Source of the DNA: Planctomycetota bacterium | GTDB taxonomy: Bacteria; Planctomycetota; B15-G4; SIAN01 | Direction: 5' to 3' | Length of the DNA: 64,000 nucleotides | Assembly (NCBI GenBank): GCA_031409275.1 | Contig: JANNXA010000037.1 | Span: 32,001-96,000, forward strand | Shown: one piece after another, positions 56,239-64,000 of the stretch | How positions within the stretch are numbered: the stretch's first letter is position 1 | Layout of the letters: each line of letters starts with the position of its first letter | Position numbers and translations under genes: made by a program | Notes under the pieces: generated by a model | The model's database searches: none | Seen by the model: the letters and a program-made list of their open reading frames with translations, nothing else | What the model was told of the DNA's origin: nothing

Positions 56239-57906
56239 TCAGCTCGGCAGTTCGAGCACCGCCGCGATGAGCGATCCGTCACGACTGGCCGCTTCCGTGC
56301 GGCGCGGCAGGGCGGAGAGCCAGCGCACGAAGTCGGCCCACCACGCACAGTCGCGAAACGGCGGATCGCGATTGGCGCGCAGCAGTCCCTCTTCCGTGGC
56401 GAACGCGCGCGCCGGCAAGACCACCACGAGGCTCCTCGCTCCGCTGGCAGCGAGGTCGCGTTGCAGGTCGGCGAGCGACGTGGCCGTCCCGAAGAGCGAG
56501 CGCAGCGAACGGGCACCGGGCAGCAGCCCGCGCTGATCGAGCTCGGCGATGACCTCTTCGCGCAGCGGGAGCGAGGGGGAAGCGACGTGCAGCTCGCGCC
56601 AAGGATCGGCGTCGATCAGCAACTCATCCGAGAGCTGCAGCGTGAATTCGAAGGTCGTCTCGTCGCGGCGCAGTGCCGGCCGCAGCTGCTCGAAGAGGTC
56701 GCTCGCCGCATCGGGGCGACCGTAGACACGTGCGAGGAGCGGGCGCTGCGTGGCCGCGCTTGGCCCCGCCGCCGCCGCCACGATCAACAGCAGCGCGGCC
56801 GTCGTGAGGGGCGTGCGAGATTGCAGCGAAGGCACTCTTCGCGCGAATCGCTCCACGACGGCGTGCAGCAGCCATGCGCCGTGCAGCAGCAGGAAGGGAG
56901 TTGCCGGCAGCAGGAAGCGCTCGCGCAGGAAGATGCCGCTGCCAAGGAAGAGGAAGAGCGGCAGCGAGGCGGAGAGCAGCAGTCGCTGCGCGCGCGCGTC
57001 GCGCCGTGGCGCCGCGATCAACGCGCCGATGATCCCGATCGCGATCGCGGCGGCGAAGAGGACGCCCTGGTGCGTCGCGGCGAAGGTGCGCGCGTAGAAG
57101 AGCCAGCCGTTGGCGCGGACGGCCGCATCTTCGGGGCGATAGCCCTCATGCAGGAAGGCGGCCTGCGTCGTGAATCCGGAGAGGAACTCGCGGAAGCGAA
57201 GCCACGTGCTCGGCGCGCCGAGCGCGAATCCGACCGCGGCGCCCACCAGCGCCGGTCCCACGCGGCGACCCAGCGCGACCACGAAGGTGAGACCGAAGAT
57301 GCCGGCCGAGTACTTCGTGGCGGTGGCCAGCCCCAGCAGCACTCCGGCGACGGCACGGCGGCGCCACGAGCCGGCAACCGCCTCGCGCGCAGCGACGGCG
57401 TCGATGGCCAGCAACGCCAGCAGCGTGGTGAGGCTCTCGTTGCCGCAGAGCGGTGCGCGACCGATGGCGAGTCCGTCGAGCGCCAGTGCCAGCGCGGCGG
57501 CGAGGCCGACTCCGGGAGAGAAGAGGCGACGACCCAGGCGCGCGACGACCAGCACGCACGCGACGCTCGCCGCCATCGAGAGGGCGCGCCCGACCAGCAC
57601 GATCAGCCACGGATTCATCGTTTCGCGCGCGACGAAGTGGGCGAATCCCGGTTCGACGCCGAGCGCAACGCGAAGCAGCCCGAGCAACGCGCTGGTTCCG
57701 GCCAGCAAGTAGCCGAAGAGCGCCGGGTTGATGAAGTAGTTGGTCGTGAAGCGGCCGTTCAGCAGCTCGCGCGCGAGGTCGACGTAGTGCTGCTCGTCGT
57801 GGCGAAGGAAGGCGCGGCCGGCGGTGATCGAGCCGTCGGGCCACCAGCGCAGCCACAGCGCGAGCGCGGCGATCGCCAGCAGCGCGAGCTTCTGGCCGCG
57901 GCTCAT
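56239..57906 (-). CDS. GT39/ArnT-like membrane glycosyltransferase
   Basis: RHDEQHYV, YFINPAL, GRALS, GLATATKY, ERFLLP; multi-TM. Confidence 0.78.
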   Translation of the reverse strand: MSRGQKLALLAIAALALWLRWWPDGSITAGRAFLRHDEQHYVDLARELLNGRFTTNYFINPALFGYLLAGTSALLGLLRVALGVEPGFAHFVARETMNPWLIVLVGRALSMAASVACVLVVARLGRRLFSPGVGLAAALALALDGLAIGRAPLCGNESLTTLLALLAIDAVAAREAVAGSWRRRAVAGVLLGLATATKYSAGIFGLTFVVALGRRVGPALVGAAVGFALGAPSTWLRFREFLSGFTTQAAFLHEGYRPEDAAVRANGWLFYARTFAATHQGVLFAAAIAIGIIGALIAAPRRDARAQRLLLSASLPLFLFLGSGIFLRERFLLPATPFLLLHGAWLLHAVVERFARRVPSLQSRTPLTTAALLLIVAAAAGPSAATQRPLLARVYGRPDAASDLFEQLRPALRRDETTFEFTLQLSDELLIDADPWRELHVASPSLPLREEVIAELDQRGLLPGARSLRSLFGTATSLADLQRDLAASGARSLVVVLPARAFATEEGLLRANRDPPFRDCAWWADFVRWLSALPRRTEAASRDGSLIAAVLELPS

Positions 57907-58835
57907 GACGCGCCCTGAACGAGTGCCACGAGCTGTTCGATGCAGGCCGCCTCGCCGAGCGCGCTGGTGTCGAGGACGTGGTGGGCCAGACCGTAGAGCG
58001 GCGCCCGTTCCGTGAGGATCTCGCGCAGGCGTGCCATCGCCGCGGGCTGCCCCTGCATCGGCCGCGAGTCGCCCTGCTCGACCACCCGGTTCCAATGGTC
58101 GTCGGGAGACGCCTTCAACCAGATGGTCACGAAGCGGCGCCGCAGCAGGGCGTAGGTCTCCGGCGCGGCGACGATGCCACCGCCGGTCGCGACGAGGCGC
58201 GGCCGCTCCTCCTTCAGGAGTTGCTGCAGCGACTGCCGTTCGAGTTGACGGTAGTAGCTCTCTCCATGCAGCGTGAAGAGGTCGGCGAGCGGCATGCCGG
58301 CGAGCGCCTCGACCTCATGGTCAAGCTCGACGAAATCGACCGAGCAGCGACGCGCGACCGCCTGGCCGATCGAGCTCTTGCCGGCGCCGCGCAGCCCGAT
58401 CAGCGCGAAGCGGCGGGTCGATCGTCGCGTGACCGCGAGCTCTTCGAGGCGCGCCTGCGCTTCGGCGAGCGCGTGGTCGGGAAGCTGCGCGCTCAAGTCG
58501 ACGAGTCGCGCCCGCGCCAGCGAACCGGCGCGGCGGGCCGGACCGGCGGGAGCGAGGAGGCCGGCGAGGTCGAGTTCGAGTGCGGCGGCGAGTCGGGCGA
58601 GGACCTGCAACGAGAGGTTCGCCTTCCCGAGCTCGACATCGGTGAGGAAGCGGCGCGACAGATCGGCGGCGAGCGCGAGCGCCGCGACGGTCTGGCCGCG
58701 CGCGACACGAGCCGCGCGCAGTCGCATGCCCAGTTCGAGGGCGATCGCCGTCCAGTCGGCCGTCGCAGGCGCGGCGGGAGGCGCAACGTCGGCGGCGGGC
58801 GGCGATGGGGCGCGGCGGGGTGGCGTGCGCGGCAT
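57903..58835 (-). CDS. boxR: BoxR/BzdR-type regulator (HTH_XRE + shikimate-kinase-like domain)
   Basis: LSRRFLTDVELGKANLS; ALIGLRGAGKSSIG, HGESYYRQLE, ATGGGIV, WLKASP..HWNRVV.QGD.RPM; divergent from boxC. Confidence 0.88.
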   Translation of the reverse strand: MPRTPPRRAPSPPAADVAPPAAPATADWTAIALELGMRLRAARVARGQTVAALALAADLSRRFLTDVELGKANLSLQVLARLAAALELDLAGLLAPAGPARRAGSLARARLVDLSAQLPDHALAEAQARLEELAVTRRSTRRFALIGLRGAGKSSIGQAVARRCSVDFVELDHEVEALAGMPLADLFTLHGESYYRQLERQSLQQLLKEERPRLVATGGGIVAAPETYALLRRRFVTIWLKASPDDHWNRVVEQGDSRPMQGQPAAMARLREILTERAPLYGLAHHVLDTSALGEAACIEQLVALVQGAS

Positions 58836-58837
58836 GG

Positions 58838-58894
58838 GCAAGATACTGCTCATCGTCGGAGCGATCGTCAAGGGCTCATGAGCAGGATACTGCT
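58838..58894. promoter_or_regulatory. Two near-identical palindromic operator candidates in the boxR/boxC divergon
   Basis: GCA-AGATAC-TGC(T) at 58838-58850 and AGCA-GGATAC-TGCT at 58881-58894. Confidence 0.65.
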
Positions 58895-58930
58895 TGTCCC
58901 CCCCTTGCAGCCGCGCTACTTTTCCCGCCC

Positions 58931-60571
<1,641 letters not shown>

Positions 60572-60637
60572 GCGCCCCCCCCGTTCCACTCATCGCCGCG
60601 ACTGCGAGGTCGCCCGCGCTTCATCGGAGCTGTGACC

Positions 60638-62053
60638 ATGGCTGACGTCGACCGCTTCTCGAGCATCCCGAACAACGTCCACCTGAACGACGACAAGCGC
60701 CTGCAGCGCGCGCTCGAAGCGTGGCAGCCCGCCTACCTCGAGTGGTGGAAGGAGATGGGGCCGGCGATGGCGCAGGAGAAGGACGTCTACCTGCGCACGG
60801 CGATCTCCGTCGACACCGACGGCTGGGCCCATTTCGACTACGTGAAGATGCCGGAGTATCGCTGGGGCATCTTCCTGGCCGAGCAAGCGCCCGATCGCAA
60901 GATCCACTTCGGCGATCACATCGGCAAGCCGACCTTCAGCGAAGTGCCCGGCGAGTACCGCAACATCCTGCGCCGCATCATCGTGACGCAGGCCGACACC
61001 GAGCCGGCGAGCGTGGAACAGCAGCGCCGTCTCGCCTTCACGGCACCGAGCCTGCTGGACATGAGGAACCTCTTCCAGGTGAACGTCGAAGAGGGACGCC
61101 ACCTGTGGGCGATGGTCTACCTGCTGCAGGCGTACTTCGGGAAGGACGGACGCGAGGAGGCGGACGAGCTGCTGCGCCGTCGTTCCGGCGATCCGGACAA
61201 GCCGCGCATCCTCGGCGCCTTCAACCAGCCGTGCAACGACTGGATCAGCTTCTACGCCTTCACGATGTTCACCGATCGCGACGGCAAGTATCAGCTCGCG
61301 TCGCTGGCGGAGTCGGGGTTCGATCCGCTGGCGCGCACCTGTCGCTTCATGCTGACCGAAGAAGCGCACCACCTCTCGGTCGGCGAGACCGGCCTGATGC
61401 GCGTGGTGCGTCGCACCGCGGAGCTGATGAAGGAGAGCCCTGGCAAGGACGTGCGCAGCCTCGGCGCCGTCGACCTCCCGACGATCCAGCGCGTCATCAA
61501 CTTCTGGTACACCTACTCGCTCGACCTCTTCGGCGGCGAGATCTCGTCGAACGCGGCCGACTTCTTCGCGGCGTCGCTCAAGGGGCGCTACCAGGAAGAT
61601 CGTCGCGCCGAGCACACCGCGCTCGACCAGATGAAGGTCATCCCCGTGGTCGAGAACGGCCGCCTCACCAACAAGGAAGTGCCGCTTCGCAACGCGCTGA
61701 ACGAGGTGTTGCGCGACGACTACGTCGAGGATTGCGAGCGCGCCGTGCGCCGCTGGAACCATGAGCTCGAGAAGCTCGGGCTCGAGGAGCGCCTGACGCT
61801 GCCGAGCCGCCGCTTCCATCGCCATCAGGGCGAGTACTCGCGCAACTGCTTCGACCCGACCGGCAACCTGATCACGCAGGCGGAACTCGACGCGAATCGC
61901 GCCCGGTGGCTGCCGACCGAGTCCGACATGCTGTTCCTGCAGAGCATCATGAAGCCGGTCCACGAGGTCGGGAAGATCGCCCACTGGACCGCCGCTCCGG
62001 CGCGCGGCGTGAACAGCAAGCCGTTCGACTTCGAGTACGTCCGCCTCGGATGA
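60638..62053 (+). CDS. boxB: Benzoyl-CoA 2,3-epoxidase di-iron subunit
   Basis: IPNNV.L..DKRLQRALE.WQP, YLRTAISV, QADTEPASVEQQR, QVNVEEGRHLWAM, MLTEEAHH, SLDLFG. Confidence 0.96.
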   Translation: MADVDRFSSIPNNVHLNDDKRLQRALEAWQPAYLEWWKEMGPAMAQEKDVYLRTAISVDTDGWAHFDYVKMPEYRWGIFLAEQAPDRKIHFGDHIGKPTFSEVPGEYRNILRRIIVTQADTEPASVEQQRRLAFTAPSLLDMRNLFQVNVEEGRHLWAMVYLLQAYFGKDGREEADELLRRRSGDPDKPRILGAFNQPCNDWISFYAFTMFTDRDGKYQLASLAESGFDPLARTCRFMLTEEAHHLSVGETGLMRVVRRTAELMKESPGKDVRSLGAVDLPTIQRVINFWYTYSLDLFGGEISSNAADFFAASLKGRYQEDRRAEHTALDQMKVIPVVENGRLTNKEVPLRNALNEVLRDDYVEDCERAVRRWNHELEKLGLEERLTLPSRRFHRHQGEYSRNCFDPTGNLITQAELDANRARWLPTESDMLFLQSIMKPVHEVGKIAHWTAAPARGVNSKPFDFEYVRLG

Positions 62054-62439
62054 ATGCGCCACGCCGCGGCGACGACATCGATGCCCGCCTGCCACCGGGC
62101 GTCGCGGCGGTCGTCGCGCGCGGCGAGACGTGTTGGCTCTGTGACCATCCGCGAGCGTTGCCGCCGAGCGGCTCGCCGCGAGCGGACTGGGTCGTGCTCC
62201 CGCTGGCGTTCGCCTGGATGTACCCCGACTCGATGGTGGTCGCGGACGCGCTCGAGTTCGCGGCGCGCGGGCTGATCCTCGAAGGCGAGCTGGTGGGTGC
62301 CGCGGAAGGAGATGGGGGCGGTCACGCCACCGCGGCGTTGCGACGGCTGGCGGTGGTGCTGGGCAGCCTGCAACTCGAAGTGGAGATCGCCACGCAGCTG
62401 CCCGCCCCGCGGGTGGTGATCGTCGCACGCTGTCGCTGA
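62050..62439 (+). CDS. Small hypothetical protein coupled to boxB
   Basis: ATGA overlap with the boxB stop; moderate coding-like bias; no recognisable motif. Confidence 0.4.
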   Translation: MNAPRRGDDIDARLPPGVAAVVARGETCWLCDHPRALPPSGSPRADWVVLPLAFAWMYPDSMVVADALEFAARGLILEGELVGAAEGDGGGHATAALRRLAVVLGSLQLEVEIATQLPAPRVVIVARCR

Positions 62440-62540
62440 CGATGGCCCGCCGCTGACATGGCGGCGATCGTTTGCCGGGCTACGATCGCCCGCCTTCCAG
62501 CGCCGCCGGGTTCGGCGGCCCCATCGTCGAGTGCACGAAC

Positions 62541-64000
62541 ATGCCCACTCCGCGTTCGTCCCGTCCGGTCCGTCGGGGATCGACTCGTTCGACGTCGGCC
62601 AAGAAGCCGGCGAACGGTCCGCTGCTGCTCGCCGTGGGGGGCGGAGTGGTGCTGCTGATCCTCGTGTTCATGTTGATGAACAACGGCAAGGATGAGCCCG
62701 CGGACGGCGGATCGACCGCGAGCCAGGGCGCGGCGAGTGGAACGAATGGCGCCAACGCTGCGGCGGTGCCGCCCGTCGTCGCGCCGCCTCCAGTCGCCGA
62801 AGCGCCGCCCGCGCCGAAGGAGCCGCCGCTCCCCAGCGCGGCGACGCTGAAGAAGAAGAGCAAGACCGCGGCCAACGCGACCGAGGCGGCGACGTTGGCG
62901 CGCGATGGCGATCGGCTGAAGGACGCGAAGCTCGCGGAGGAGTTGTGGACGCGCGTCTTCGAGCTCGACGCCGACCACCCCGAAGCGCGCACGAAGCTCG
63001 ACGTTCGCCAGCTCCGTCCGGGCGAGGACCTGCCGGGATTCAGCGCGCTAGCGGCGACGCCGCAGCAGATCCACCTGCAGCGCTTCCGCGACGCCGCTCG
63101 CGCGGACCTTCCACGCTCCGCGCGCGCAGTGCTGATCGCCGACTGGGAGGTCGCCCGCAAGGAGCTCGACGCCCGCGCCGCGAAGGCGAAGAGCGAGCCC
63201 TACTACGGTCTCGTCGATGCCTTGCGACTCGAACTGCAGGAGAAGCCCTTCTTCAAGGAGCTGCAGTACGAGATGGTCGAGAGCAAGCCACCCTACGCGC
63301 TCTTCGTCGAGGTGGCGGGAACGCCGGAAGAGCGCGCCTCGCGCAAGAAGGCGGTCGAGGATGGCTACTCGCCCTACCTCGAGGCGTACGACCAGAAGAT
63401 TCGCGAGTACCTCGTGCCGCTGGCGCCGAAGCCACCGGACCAGGCGCTCTTCTTCCCCGTCTTCGTCTTCCTGAACGAGCAGCGCTACCGCGACTACCAG
63501 ATGGCCGATCGCGGCGACCCCGGCAGCCCGGGCATGCGCGCCCACTACGAGCCGTGGAAGAAGCAGAGCTTCACCTGGTCGACGGTGATCAAGCCGGGGC
63601 TTGGCGCCTTCGAGTCGGGCATCCAGACGCTCATGCACGAGCTGACCCACGCGTGGGTCGATCAGCTGGCGTCGGGCGACGGCGGTGAGTCGCGCGCGAT
63701 CGGCGTGCTGGCGACCCACTGGTTCAGCGAAGGCATCGCCGAGTACATGTCGTTCCACTTCCGCGAGTTCGACAAGTCGATCCGCTTCCAGCCTTGGCGC
63801 TCCGGGCGCCTCGGCGAGACGGGCCGATCCGCGAACTACCGCATCGGCCTGGCGCGCGCGCTCGGCTTGCGGCTCCACGGGCTCGATGCGGTCGCGATCA
63901 CGATGGTCGGCGCGCTCGACGGCGCGAACAAGCAGGCGGCCATCACCACGATCTCGAGCGGCTTCTACGCCGACATGAGCAACTTCATCCTCTGGCTCAA
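62541..64000 (+). CDS. Membrane-anchored gluzincin-type metallopeptidase-like protein (DUF1570/peptidase MA-like); runs off the window
   Basis: Manual translation from ATG 62541: basic N-terminus, TM LLLAVGGGVVLLILVFMLM, later TLMHELTHAW...HWFSEGIAEY in the same frame. Confidence 0.75.
   Translation, partial: MPTPRSSRPVRRGSTRSTSAKKPANGPLLLAVGGGVVLLILVFMLMNNGKDEPADGGSTASQGAASGTNGANAAAVPPVVAPPPVAEAPPAPKEPPLPSAATLKKKSKTAANATEAATLARDGDRLKDAKLAEELWTRVFELDADHPEARTKLDVRQLRPGEDLPGFSALAATPQQIHLQRFRDAARADLPRSARAVLIADWEVARKELDARAAKAKSEPYYGLVDALRLELQEKPFFKELQYEMVESKPPYALFVEVAGTPEERASRKKAVEDGYSPYLEAYDQKIREYLVPLAPKPPDQALFFPVFVFLNEQRYRDYQMADRGDPGSPGMRAHYEPWKKQSFTWSTVIKPGLGAFESGIQTLMHELTHAWVDQLASGDGGESRAIGVLATHWFSEGIAEYMSFHFREFDKSIRFQPWRSGRLGETGRSANYRIGLARALGLRLHGLDAVAITMVGALDGANKQAAITTISSGFYADMSNFILWL

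Noticed and set aside
57903..58835. Shikimate kinase aroK
   Set aside because: The N-terminal HTH and the position divergent from boxC identify it as a BoxR/BzdR-type regulator.

Overview
Very GC-rich bacterial chromosomal segment, probably from a Planctomycetota-like organism (inferred from a Zn-ribbon SpoVG, Tat-exported Gfo/Idh/MocA enzymes, a SUMF1-domain protein and many secreted FG-GAP/TolB-repeat proteins). It holds about 45 tightly packed genes. Housekeeping blocks: psd-pssA-folK-panC-panD and ispE-spoVG-DUF2520-aroDE. Accessory content: an ECF sigma/ZAS anti-sigma locus with TlpA-like and two AlgX-like genes, an ApbE/SUMF1/Gfo redox cluster, tandem msrBA paralogs, a BlaI/BlaR1 pair, a di-heme cytochrome, a cyanophycin operon, a PhoX-like phosphatase, a clostripain-like protease and boxR-boxC-boxB. 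I saw no rRNA, tRNA, CRISPR array or transposase. Top observations: (1) the second msrBA copy has an in-frame TGA exactly at the catalytic Cys of GCFWG, followed by a SECIS-like hairpin, so it is a candidate exported selenoprotein beside its Cys twin; (2) the iadA-cphB-cphA operon carries a fourth, CphA-derived gene that keeps the Mur-ligase module but lacks the ATP-grasp domain; (3) three unrelated secreted proteins share a loosely conserved C-terminal domain; (4) an HhH-clostripain fusion; (5) short tandem duplications over several stop codons and a 52-bp G-rich tandem repeat. All product calls come from motif recognition by eye; no searches were run, and start codons are best estimates.
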